Shown here piece after piece: positions 29,806 to 38,970 of a stretch of 64,000 nucleotides of DNA. The stretch is from NCBI GenBank assembly GCA_028693275.1, contig JAQUVS010000003.1, positions 6,046 to 70,045 on the forward strand, in the 5' to 3' direction. The notes beneath the pieces are model-generated. The model ran no database searches, had not been told where the DNA came from, and worked only from the letters and a program-made list of their open reading frames with translations. The first letter of the stretch is position 1, and every line of letters starts with the position of its first letter. This DNA is from Bacilli bacterium (GTDB lineage: Bacteria > Bacillota_I > Bacilli_A > RF39 > UBA660). A program made the position numbers and the translations under genes.

Positions 29806-31518
29806 TTACTTATTATAAAAGGCCATTATTTTTTTACTAATACCTGGTTCTATTGTATTAAGAGTATTTGTAGTTACTTCTAAAGCACCTTTATAATTAC
29901 CTTTGTAATATAAGTTTTCTGCTTGACTTAGACCTAAATCAACACTGTTATATGTACTTCTATATCTATTTCCATAAACAATAGCAATTTCTGTCATTTT
30001 AGCAGTTTTTATCATGTCATTAGTAGTATTAAATAATTTTAAAACTAAATCTCTTGCTGTATCAACTCTTGTATTTAAAGTTTTTATAACTATTGGTTTT
30101 TTACCTAACTCTTTAATTATTTCAAGAATTGCTTCATTAGCTTCTGATAACTCTATAAAATAATTATTAGTAATGATAGGTAATTTATAACTTCTTATTT
30201 TTGATTTACATTGATTTAATATTTCTTGGATTTCATCTAATTGTTCTCTTGCTCTTTGCTCATCATCATACATGCTTCCTAAAGATTTAAGTGATATTTC
30301 TACTTCATCATCTAATTTAATTAAAGTTTCTATTAAATTCGATATTTCTATATTTAATTTACTATAAGACATCTCATTTTTACTTAATGTTACTGATAGA
30401 AGTTTATAATCACTATTTAAATATTTTAATTTTTCATTTATATCATGCATAACTTTAATATCTTTTTCTTTTAGATCATACATATTTTTAATATCATCTA
30501 ATTGATCCATAATATCTTTTACTGTTTTATTTAATTTTTTTAATTTAGATTGAAATTCTTTGTTAGTTGTTTCAAATTCTTTTTTAGCGACTTTTTCTAA
30601 GTCAAATTCATTAAAGATAGAGTCTAAATAATCAAGAATTGTTTTTAATTCAAACATACATTCTTCTAAATTTAAGACTTTGATTCTGTCCATAATATTA
30701 TTTACTTTTTTAGATACTTCTTCCATATTAGATTTAATATCTAAATGTCCAAGAAAAAAACCTTTTTCTGTCATTTCTTTTTCTGTTTCTATTATTAGTT
30801 CTATCTTTTTTGGAAGTAATTTTTCAGCTAGTAGAACTAAATTAGGAACTTCATCTACGACTATTCCTATATGATCAATCATATTATCAAGAGCTTTAAC
30901 TATATGGACTACTTCATCATACTCATTATTTTCCATGATGATTTCAAAATCTTGAAACCTTTTTTCTATATTTTCGAATTGTAGTTCAATAACATCTTTG
31001 ATTCCTTCGTAATCATTTTTATTATTATTAAATGAATTAAATAATTCTCTATATTTGGCTTTTAATTTAATTACTATGTTTCTATATTTTTCTTCACTTA
31101 ATGTTATTTCTTTTATTTCATTTAGTAATTCGTCGGCTGAAGTTTTTGCTTTATAAAGTTCAAGTTCTGCCTTAGCTATCTTATGATTAATGTTTTTTGT
31201 TAATTTTTCTTTAGAATGAAGATCTATTTCTATAATTAAATCATTTATTTGACTAATTCTATCGTTTTTTATGGTGTTAAATCTATTTTGCCAACTTTTA
31301 TACTTTTCCTCCATCTTTTCATTTTTAACAATTGATTCTACTTTTGATAATTCAGATAAAACAGGTGTAGAAGCTACTATGTTTTTTGTTTTGTCTAAAT
31401 TTTCTATTTGTTTTTTTATTGTCTTATATTTTTGTTTTTGAATGAAAACCAAAGATATTGTTATTAATACTGCTAAAGATATTACCATTATTAATATAAA
31501 CCATGCTCCTTCTGTCAC
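29806..31518 (-). CDS. ezrA: Septation ring formation regulator EzrA
   Basis: N-terminal TM helix then approx 540-aa coiled coil; GTG start 31518 with RBS AAGGAGGA. Confidence 0.8.
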   Translation of the reverse strand: MTEGAWFILIMVISLAVLITISLVFIQKQKYKTIKKQIENLDKTKNIVASTPVLSELSKVESIVKNEKMEEKYKSWQNRFNTIKNDRISQINDLIIEIDLHSKEKLTKNINHKIAKAELELYKAKTSADELLNEIKEITLSEEKYRNIVIKLKAKYRELFNSFNNNKNDYEGIKDVIELQFENIEKRFQDFEIIMENNEYDEVVHIVKALDNMIDHIGIVVDEVPNLVLLAEKLLPKKIELIIETEKEMTEKGFFLGHLDIKSNMEEVSKKVNNIMDRIKVLNLEECMFELKTILDYLDSIFNEFDLEKVAKKEFETTNKEFQSKLKKLNKTVKDIMDQLDDIKNMYDLKEKDIKVMHDINEKLKYLNSDYKLLSVTLSKNEMSYSKLNIEISNLIETLIKLDDEVEISLKSLGSMYDDEQRAREQLDEIQEILNQCKSKIRSYKLPIITNNYFIELSEANEAILEIIKELGKKPIVIKTLNTRVDTARDLVLKLFNTTNDMIKTAKMTEIAIVYGNRYRSTYNSVDLGLSQAENLYYKGNYKGALEVTTNTLNTIEPGISKKIMAFYNK

Positions 31519-31596
31519 TTGTCTATCCTCCTTTACTATAACTATTATGATTATATACAAAAAAGAAAGAAAAATCTACATATTTGTTGACTTTAT

Positions 31597-31625
31597 TTGT
31601 TTTTTTTAATATAATTTAACTTGCA
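31597..31625 (+). promoter_or_regulatory. Consensus sigma-A promoter of rpsD (TTGACT-17-TATAAT)
   Basis: -35 TTGACT, 17-nt spacer, -10 TATAAT; about 150-nt leader before rpsD (autoregulatory S4 leader expected). Confidence 0.6.
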
Positions 31626-31783
31626 TATTCATTGAACAGCAATATTTAAAATTTATTAACGTGTTCTCTATGGAATTAGTAACCTTGGCTGTTAGGGTGA
31701 AAAAAATTAAAGAGGACTCCCTAGTAAATATTTAAATATATCTTCAATGGTTATGAATATCGAACATTGAAGGAGGTAATAAA

Positions 31784-32386
31784 ATGTCAAGATATACAGG
31801 TCCTAGTTTTAAACAAGCTAGAAGAACTGGATTCTCAGTTCTAGAGACAGGTAAAGATTTAGCTAAACGTCCATACAGACCAGGTCAACATGGACAAGCT
31901 CGTGCTGGAAAACTTTCTAACTACGGGGAACAATTAAAAGAAAAACAAAAAGTAAGATTCATGTATGGATTAAACGAAAGACAATTTAGAAAAACTTTTG
32001 AAGAAGCTTCTAAATTAAAAGGTATTCATGGGGAAAACTTCTTAAGATTATTAGAATCAAGATTAGATAACTTAGTATACCGTTTAGGATTTGCAAGTAC
32101 TCGTCGTGCTGCAAGACAATTAGTTAATCATGGACACATAACAGTAGATGGAGCTAAAGTAGATATTCCATCTTATAGAGTAAAGGTTGGTTCAACAATT
32201 TCACTTAAAGAAAATTCAAAAGACCATCCTGCTGCTAAAAATGCTTTAGAAGCTACTACTAAGAGAGCAGAATTTGTTACATTTGATGCAAATAAAAATG
32301 AAGGTAAATATGTAAGATTACCTGAAAGAAATGAATTAAATATGGACATTAACGAATCTCTAATAGTTGAATTCTATAACAGATAA
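31784..32386 (+). CDS. rpsD: 30S ribosomal protein S4
   Basis: canonical S4 sequence [16 protein letters not shown]...; RBS GGAGG. Confidence 0.97.
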   Translation: MSRYTGPSFKQARRTGFSVLETGKDLAKRPYRPGQHGQARAGKLSNYGEQLKEKQKVRFMYGLNERQFRKTFEEASKLKGIHGENFLRLLESRLDNLVYRLGFASTRRAARQLVNHGHITVDGAKVDIPSYRVKVGSTISLKENSKDHPAAKNALEATTKRAEFVTFDANKNEGKYVRLPERNELNMDINESLIVEFYNR

Positions 32387-32387
32387 A

Positions 32388-32420
32388 AATTTGCAACCAA
32401 TTTGGTTGCTTTTTTTTGTG
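32388..32420 (+). terminator. rpsD terminator
   Basis: hairpin GCAACCAAATTGGTTGC followed by T8. Confidence 0.6.
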
Positions 32421-32455
32421 CTTTTATTTATAATTTATATGATATGGAGGTTTAG

Positions 32456-33418
32456 ATGAAGATAAAAAAATTGAATAAATATGGATTTACTTTAATTGAA
32501 TTACTTGCTGTTATAGTAATCCTTGGAGTAATAATGGTAATTGCAATACCTTTTATTACAGGTTATATAGAACGTAGTAAAAAAGATGCATTTGATGTTT
32601 CAGCATATAATATACTTGATGCTGGGAGTAAATTTTATGTCAGTGAGATGGATTATATAGATGGAATAGCTTCTGGAAAGATTTCTTTTGAAATAATAAA
32701 TAAAGAATTAGTTGGAATAGATGGAAATACTAAGAAAATAGATTTCAAGGGTACTTTACCTGATTTTGGTAAAATGCAAATTAATAGTAGTGGAGATATT
32801 GAATTATCTCTTTGTGATAAAACTTTTTGTGCTTGTAAGGCATTTACTGATAATAAAATTATTATGCAAGAAGATAATTGTTTTGTTAATAGTGAAACAG
32901 GTAATGTTGAGACAACTACTGAACCTACTACTAATACTTCTAGTACAATTACTGGAACTATAATTAGTTTTTTAAGTACTTCTACTCCTGAGGGCTATGT
33001 TAAATGTGATGGAACTATTTATAATATAGTTGATTATCCAAAGCTAGCTAATTTCATAAAAAATCAATATGGTAGTTTTAGCTTTTTTGGAGGAGATGGA
33101 ACAAATACATTTGCTGTTCCCAATATTAACGATAGGTATTTAAAAGGTTCATCTAATCCTGGTCAATATGAAAATGCGGGATTACCAGAAATATCAGGTA
33201 CTTTATCACCTAGTAGTGATGTTGGTTTTAGAAGTAATGCTTCAAGTTATGGTGGTTCTTTTTATGCTACAACTACTAAAAGAAACTTTGTCTCATCTGG
33301 AGTATCAGAACAAACATCAGTTGTAGGATTTAAAGCATCTCTTTCAAGTCCTATTTATGGTAGTTCTTCTACTGTAACTCCAAATAATTTTTCAGTGGTT
33401 TTTTATATTAAGTATTAA
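32456..33418 (+). CDS. Type IV prepilin-like protein fused to C-terminal phage tail-collar (MdpB-like) domain, copy A
   Basis: Class III signal KYG|FTLIELLAVIV; tail-collar signature YVKCDGTIYNIVDYPKLANFI...GGDGTNTFAVPNINDRYLKG; C-terminal TVTPNNFSVVFYIKY. Confidence 0.65.
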   Translation: MKIKKLNKYGFTLIELLAVIVILGVIMVIAIPFITGYIERSKKDAFDVSAYNILDAGSKFYVSEMDYIDGIASGKISFEIINKELVGIDGNTKKIDFKGTLPDFGKMQINSSGDIELSLCDKTFCACKAFTDNKIIMQEDNCFVNSETGNVETTTEPTTNTSSTITGTIISFLSTSTPEGYVKCDGTIYNIVDYPKLANFIKNQYGSFSFFGGDGTNTFAVPNINDRYLKGSSNPGQYENAGLPEISGTLSPSSDVGFRSNASSYGGSFYATTTKRNFVSSGVSEQTSVVGFKASLSSPIYGSSSTVTPNNFSVVFYIKY

Positions 33419-33419
33419 A

Positions 33420-33447
33420 AAAAAGAGAAAAGGTAAACTTTTCTCTT
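33420..33447. terminator. Bidirectional terminator between convergent pilin-like genes
   Basis: hairpin AGAGAAAAG-gtaaa-CTTTTCTCT with A/T runs on both sides. Confidence 0.55.
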
Positions 33448-34404
33448 TTAATATTTTATAAAATATAATACCGATACATTTTCAGGTGTTACAGTTGTTG
33501 ATTTTCCATATATTGGATTGGATAAGCTTGCATCAAATAGCGCATCAATAACACCGTATCCTCCACTTCCAACAGGACTTCTTGATGTTCCGTTATAGAA
33601 TGCCCCGGTTCTTCCGATCCAAGAAATAGTACTTCCTAAACCTCCTGTTATATTAGGTAAGCCCGCTTCTTCAAGTGTTCCGGCAACAGTTGCTCCTTTT
33701 AAAAATTTATTTACATAATTTGGTAGATTAAATGTCGTTGTTCCGTCTCCTGAACCATATTTTGTTCCTATAATATCAAATAAATTTTTATATGTTGTTC
33801 TAGATATTTCTCTACCGTCGCAAAGGATATATCCTGAAGGAACAGTTGGAGCAGCACTAGCAAAAATAGTTCCTATTGGAGTTGAGTCACTTTTTGCGGA
33901 TAACTCATTTACCTTTTGCTGTAATTCTATAACTAGATTAGTTAATTCTTGATTATTATATTCTGTTATAGTTGCTTCACTACCAAGATATATTGCACTT
34001 GTTCCTAATGGTATATTACAATTTTCTCCACTAACAGTTGTTACTTCTTTGTCACTATAGTTTTTATATGCAGTATACTTACCATTATTTATACATACTG
34101 CTACATTTCCTAATCTATCTACAAGCATAGAACCATCTTCTATTTTTCCTTTGTATTCTAATCTTTCACCATCTGGTGTTGTTAAATTTCCATTTACTAA
34201 ATCAAATCTTTGACTAGTATCTACTTCTTTTTCTGTATAATACCAACTAAGGACATCAATTATTCCATATGCACTTTTTTCTACTGATTTTAAATTAGCT
34301 TTAACTATATAATTGGTTACCATAGGTATAGATATTGTTGAAATAATTGTTACAATTAAAATAACTGCAAGTAATTCTATTAATGTAAATCCCTTTTTAT
34401 TCAT
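33448..34404 (-). CDS. Type IV prepilin-like protein fused to C-terminal phage tail-collar (MdpB-like) domain, copy B
   Basis: MNKKG|FTLIELLAVILIV; tail-collar signature GTIFASAAPTVPSGYILCDGREISRTTYKNLFDIIGTKYGSGDGTTTFNLPNYVNKFLKG; C-terminal TVTPENVSVLYFIKY. Confidence 0.65.
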   Translation of the reverse strand: MNKKGFTLIELLAVILIVTIISTISIPMVTNYIVKANLKSVEKSAYGIIDVLSWYYTEKEVDTSQRFDLVNGNLTTPDGERLEYKGKIEDGSMLVDRLGNVAVCINNGKYTAYKNYSDKEVTTVSGENCNIPLGTSAIYLGSEATITEYNNQELTNLVIELQQKVNELSAKSDSTPIGTIFASAAPTVPSGYILCDGREISRTTYKNLFDIIGTKYGSGDGTTTFNLPNYVNKFLKGATVAGTLEEAGLPNITGGLGSTISWIGRTGAFYNGTSRSPVGSGGYGVIDALFDASLSNPIYGKSTTVTPENVSVLYFIKY

Positions 34405-34412
34405 AAATCCTC

Positions 34413-35639
34413 CTAAAGATATTTGTAAAGGAAATATTTTTTCTTTCCTTTTCTTACTACAATGTATTTATTATCTATTGTTAAATTTTTATCTACTATT
34501 TTGTCTAAGTCCATTATTTTATTACCATTGATAGTAATTGTACCAGCTGTAATAAATTCTCTAGCTTCTCTTTTACTTGTTGCTATATTGTTATTTACTA
34601 GGAAGTCAACAATGTTTATATCCTCAGATATATTAGAGATATTTTCATTTTTGAAAACTTCTTCTATCTCTTCTATTGTTAACTCATTAATATTTCCATT
34701 AAATAAGATATTTGTTAATCTTAGGGCTTTTTGATATTCTAGGTCACCATGGATATCTGTTATTATCTCTTTTGCAAGAATTTTTTGGGCATCTCTATAT
34801 TCAGGATGTTCTTTATGTTTTAATTCTATTTCATCTATTTGTTCTTTTGTTAAAAATGTTAATTTTTTTAAATAAGAAATTATCATAGAATCTTCTAAGT
34901 TTATTAGATATTGATATAACTCGTAGCTTGATGTTTTATTTTTATCTAACCATAATGCGTTTCCTTCAGTTTTTCCAAATTTAACACCGTTTGAATCTGT
35001 TACTAGAGGCATTACCATCCCGTATGCTTCTTTTCCTAGTTTCTTTCTTATTAATTCTATTCCAGAAGTTATGTTTCCCCATTGGTCTGAACCTGCTACT
35101 TGTAGTGTACAATTTCTATTTTCGTATAAGTACATAAAATCTAAGGCTTGTAAAATCATATAAGAAAATTCAGCATAAGTTATTCCTGTTTCTAATCTTG
35201 ATTTAACTTTATCTTTTGCTAACATATAGTTGATATTAAAGTATTTTCCATAATCTCTTAAAAAATCTATAACATTAATATCTTTAGTCCAATCCCAATT
35301 ATTCACTACTTCAAAGCCAAAAATTCTTTCAGCTTGTTCTTTTAATCCTTTAAAATTCTTGTCTACTTCTTCTTTTGAAATCATTGGTCTTTCAGATGTA
35401 GGTTTTGGATCTCCAATTAATCCTGTTGCTCCACCTACAAGTAATATTGGATGATGATTTCCTTTAGCCAATCTTTTTGATATTAAAAAAGAAGAATAAT
35501 GTCCAATATGCATTGAATCTGCTGTTGGATCTGTTCCTATATAAAAAGTTAGTCCTCCATTGTTGATTTTTTCAATTAATGATTCATCACTTATATCTTG
35601 AACTAAACCTCTCCATTTTAAATCTTCAAATAAATTCAT
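34413..35639 (-). CDS. tyrS: Tyrosyl-tRNA synthetase
   Basis: HIGH (MHIGHYSS), KFGKT (KMSKS equivalent), C-terminal S4-like domain. Confidence 0.95.
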   Translation of the reverse strand: MNLFEDLKWRGLVQDISDESLIEKINNGGLTFYIGTDPTADSMHIGHYSSFLISKRLAKGNHHPILLVGGATGLIGDPKPTSERPMISKEEVDKNFKGLKEQAERIFGFEVVNNWDWTKDINVIDFLRDYGKYFNINYMLAKDKVKSRLETGITYAEFSYMILQALDFMYLYENRNCTLQVAGSDQWGNITSGIELIRKKLGKEAYGMVMPLVTDSNGVKFGKTEGNALWLDKNKTSSYELYQYLINLEDSMIISYLKKLTFLTKEQIDEIELKHKEHPEYRDAQKILAKEIITDIHGDLEYQKALRLTNILFNGNINELTIEEIEEVFKNENISNISEDINIVDFLVNNNIATSKREAREFITAGTITINGNKIMDLDKIVDKNLTIDNKYIVVRKGKKKYFLYKYL

Positions 35640-35651
35640 TTTTACCTCCTT

Positions 35652-35860
35652 ATAATAAAAAAAGACTATTCATCACATAAGGACGAATAATCGCGGTACC
35701 ACCTTAATTCATAGAAATATCCTATGCACTTGATACTATAAAGCGTTACCTTTTAAGCTCCAAAAATGTAATTCACAATTATTCCATGTTTATTTTCACC
35801 TACCATAAACTCTCTATGTATGAATTATAATTACTACTATTTTTCTTCATTGCTAATGAT
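35652..35860 (-). promoter_or_regulatory. T-box riboswitch leader of tyrS (Tyr specifier UAC)
   Basis: minus strand shows AGAGAG box, specifier ...GAAUUACAUU..., T-box AATTAAGGTGGTACCGCG, and terminator ATTATTCGTCC-ttat-GTGATGAATA followed by T7. Confidence 0.8.
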
Positions 35861-35882
35861 ATATATAATATCATATATATTA

Positions 35883-36281
35883 TTATTTTTCTAGTTTTTC
35901 TAGTATTTCTTTAACTACTTCAGCTGTTTTTTCTTTTAAATCATTAGCTGCTTTTTGAACAACTGGTGTACCTTTTTCTACTGCTAATTCTACTATTTCT
36001 TCAGTTTTATTTTTAATATCTTTAGCTTTTTCTTTTGCTATTTTTAAAACTTTTTCTTTATTTAAATCTTCTAATTCACTTTTTATTTCTTCAATCTTAT
36101 TTTCTAGATCATCTTTTACTTCTTCTAAATCTATTTCTTGAATTTTATTTTTAAGTTCATCAAATTTCTTAGCTAATTGTTTTCTTGTTTCGCTTCCTTT
36201 TGCAGGTGCAAATAATAATGCTAATCCTGCTCCAATTGCAGCTCCAAGAATAAACTTACCTGTTCCTTTTTTACTCATCAT
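35883..36281 (-). CDS. YtxH-like protein
   Basis: N-terminus MMSKKGTGKFILGAAIGAGLALLFAPAKGSETRKQL matches the YtxH family; coiled-coil C-terminus. Confidence 0.5.
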   Translation of the reverse strand: MMSKKGTGKFILGAAIGAGLALLFAPAKGSETRKQLAKKFDELKNKIQEIDLEEVKDDLENKIEEIKSELEDLNKEKVLKIAKEKAKDIKNKTEEIVELAVEKGTPVVQKAANDLKEKTAEVVKEILEKLEK

Positions 36282-36558
36282 CTTCACTCTCTTTCTTCTT
36301 CTTTTTTTTAAATAGACCACCTAAAAATGATAGTGTTCCATCTACGAAAGTATCACTTATTGAAGATACAACATCTGTTGTTCTATCAATGATACTAAAT
36401 AAACTATTTAATGATTTTGTCTTTTTTTCAACATCATCTAATATTTCTTTTGTTTGATCAACTGCTTTAATTAATTTTATTCCTAAAACTATTAAAACTG
36501 TTAATAATACTATACCAAGAATATATAGAAGTACTAATAATATTTCCATTAGTTCCAT
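36271..36558 (-). CDS. DUF948/YtxG-like small membrane protein
   Basis: N-terminal TM helix then helical domain; ytxG-ytxH order as in B. subtilis. Confidence 0.5.
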   Translation of the reverse strand: MELMEILLVLLYILGIVLLTVLIVLGIKLIKAVDQTKEILDDVEKKTKSLNSLFSIIDRTTDVVSSISDTFVDGTLSFLGGLFKKKKKKESEDDE

Positions 36559-36559
36559 A

Positions 36560-37498
36560 TTATTCCTCCTCTTTATACATTGAATCTATAAGATCAAATA
36601 AATTGTCTTCTAGTTTTTCATTTTCTGAAGCATCTTTTTCTAAAACTATTTCTTCTTCATCTTCTTCTATATCAAAATCAATATTGTCTTCTTCTATTTC
36701 TTCGTCTTCTTTAATATCTTCTATACTTGGAGTAGTTCTTACTCTTCTGCCAGTATATTTTTCGTGTTTAGCATCCTTATAATCTACATTATATTCTAAA
36801 CCTAAATCTTCAAAGTACTCTTCAGCATCAGCTAAAGTTACTTTTTCTACTGCTGGTGTAGTATCTACTTCGTTCATATCATAAAGAAGATTATCTTCAT
36901 AATTATCTACTTCTTCTACTGGTTCTTCTTTTTTTTCATTTAAATTTGTTAAACCTAAATCGTATGATAAATCTCCAAAAGCTTTTTCTCTTATTGAATC
37001 TAGATCAACATTTTTTCTTGATACATAGCTACTTGTTGGTTTAACACTCTTCTCTAATATTTCATCCTTTTTATAGTTTTTATCTAAAACTCCATAAATT
37101 GGTGAAATAATAGGCGTTGGTTGAAATTTTTTTGTATGTTCTTTTGTAGTAACTGTTTGAGAATATGTTTGTGAATAAGATGAATTACCATAAGGTTTAG
37201 ATGGTCTTTCATAAGTTGTTGTAGTAACTTCTTCTTTTTCTATAAAATCATCATCTTCAAAATATTTAATTTTAGTTGTTTCTTTTAAAATGTCTTTATC
37301 TGACATTATTTCTATTTCTTCTTTTTCCTCAATAATTGGTTCTTCTATTACTTCTTCAGCAACCGGAGCTACCTTTTTTTCTTCATAAATCTTTCTTGCC
37401 ACTACTTCACGTGGTTGTTTCTTTTCTTTTTGAGGTATTTCCTCTTCTACATATTCTTCTTCAAAGAATGTATTTTTAATTTTATCTAATAATCCCAT
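36560..37498 (-). CDS. Acidic (D/E-rich) low-complexity protein with N-terminal amphipathic MGLLDKIKN motif
   Basis: 312-aa ORF, more than 30% D+E; N-terminus nearly identical to the FtsY N-terminus. Confidence 0.45.
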   Translation of the reverse strand: MGLLDKIKNTFFEEEYVEEEIPQKEKKQPREVVARKIYEEKKVAPVAEEVIEEPIIEEKEEIEIMSDKDILKETTKIKYFEDDDFIEKEEVTTTTYERPSKPYGNSSYSQTYSQTVTTKEHTKKFQPTPIISPIYGVLDKNYKKDEILEKSVKPTSSYVSRKNVDLDSIREKAFGDLSYDLGLTNLNEKKEEPVEEVDNYEDNLLYDMNEVDTTPAVEKVTLADAEEYFEDLGLEYNVDYKDAKHEKYTGRRVRTTPSIEDIKEDEEIEEDNIDFDIEEDEEEIVLEKDASENEKLEDNLFDLIDSMYKEEE

Positions 37499-37510
37499 AA
37501 GAACACCATC

Positions 37511-38176
37511 CTACTCCGTTTCTTCTATTTCTATACTATTTTCATCAGGTAATTCACCTGAAGTATCTTCATAAGTACCATATTGTTCCACATAATCAAG
37601 AAAATTTCCTGTTTCTCTTTTTGATGTAAAAATATCATATACTTCCTCATTATAATTAAGGTTATTTGAACCAATTAATGAACCTATTATTAATTCATTA
37701 TATTTTATACTATTTAATATAATTGCTGAGTTTAATACTATATTATTAATGTCTTCATATTCTACATATGCTTCTATCTTTGCAAAATTGTACATAAATT
37801 CAATAAAATATTTATTGTAAACTTTATTTATTTCTAAATATCCTTTTTTGTTACCTATCTTAATTTCTTTAGAATAGAAACCTTTTTCATTTGTGCTATA
37901 AGTATTATCAACTTTATTATAGTATGAAATTATATCTACATATAAATATATTTTACTTTTATTGTAATATAAAATTGAATTTCTATCTGTTTTTGACTTT
38001 AAACTTATACCTTTTGGTAAATAATATTTATAGCCCTCTAATGACATGTTATTCATTTTTATTTTTTCATTTAATACTTTATTAGTTATTTCATCAATAC
38101 TTAAATTATCTGTTCTTACTATTTGACATCCTGTTATAAAAAAAACAGCAAAGAGTAATACCATTATTTTCTTCAT
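37511..38176 (-). CDS. Hypothetical lipoprotein
   Basis: signal peptide with lipobox FFITGC. Confidence 0.5.
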   Translation of the reverse strand: MKKIMVLLFAVFFITGCQIVRTDNLSIDEITNKVLNEKIKMNNMSLEGYKYYLPKGISLKSKTDRNSILYYNKSKIYLYVDIISYYNKVDNTYSTNEKGFYSKEIKIGNKKGYLEINKVYNKYFIEFMYNFAKIEAYVEYEDINNIVLNSAIILNSIKYNELIIGSLIGSNNLNYNEEVYDIFTSKRETGNFLDYVEQYGTYEDTSGELPDENSIEIEETE

Positions 38177-38230
38177 AATTCACCTACTCTTATATTATTA
38201 TATCAAAAATATTAATAAATAAAAATCTTT

Positions 38231-38866
38231 TTAATTATTTTTCTTTATTATCGCTTTTAGTCTGTATATCGGAAGATTTAATTTAACAAACTTATCCTCA
38301 AATTCTGTGGATATATTCTCTGTTAAATCATCTTTATATATGTCTAAAGATATTTCTTCTATCTCATATTTATATGTTGTTAACGATACTATAGAATACT
38401 CAAATAAATTCCTATTATCAGTTTTTTGAATAATTATATTATCATTTTTAAAAATATTTTTATATTTATCTAAAAATTGATGTGAAGTTAATCTTCTATC
38501 TTGATGTCTCTTTTTAGGCCATGGATCAGAGAAATTAAGGTAAATTACATCAATTTCTTTATCAAAAATATCTTCTATTTCCATTGCATTCATTCTTATC
38601 ATTCTTAAATTAGGTAATTCTTCTACCTTTTCTAAGGCTCTTGCTATCACACTATCATATTTTTCTATACCAATAAAGTTAATATCAGGATACTTAATAG
38701 CATTTTCGATGATAAACTTTCCTTTACCCATACCTATTTCTATATGTATAGGATTGTTATTCTTAAATACTTTATTCCAATTACCTTTATTTTTATTTGG
38801 ATTTTCTTCTAATGATTTTGCTTGTTTCATTATTTCATCTTTGTTTTTTACATTTCTTAGTCTCAT
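38231..38866 (-). CDS. trmB: tRNA (guanine46-N7)-methyltransferase
   Basis: TrmB motifs EIGMGKGKF and NFSDPWPKKRH. Confidence 0.85.
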   Translation of the reverse strand: MRLRNVKNKDEIMKQAKSLEENPNKNKGNWNKVFKNNNPIHIEIGMGKGKFIIENAIKYPDINFIGIEKYDSVIARALEKVEELPNLRMIRMNAMEIEDIFDKEIDVIYLNFSDPWPKKRHQDRRLTSHQFLDKYKNIFKNDNIIIQKTDNRNLFEYSIVSLTTYKYEIEEISLDIYKDDLTENISTEFEDKFVKLNLPIYRLKAIIKKNN

Positions 38867-38970
38867 CTTATCACCTTTATATATTATACATTAAAAGCCT
38901 TTATAAAGTAAATAAGGCTTTTTATTTTATTAAATAATGGTATAATATTAATTAGAAAGGCTATGATAGT

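Noticed and set aside
32456-34404. Possible prophage remnant suggested by phage tail-collar domains
   Set aside because: No integrase, capsid, terminase or other phage genes flank them; housekeeping genes (rpsD, tyrS) are immediately adjacent; N-termini are prepilin signals, so these are host surface proteins that borrowed the domain.
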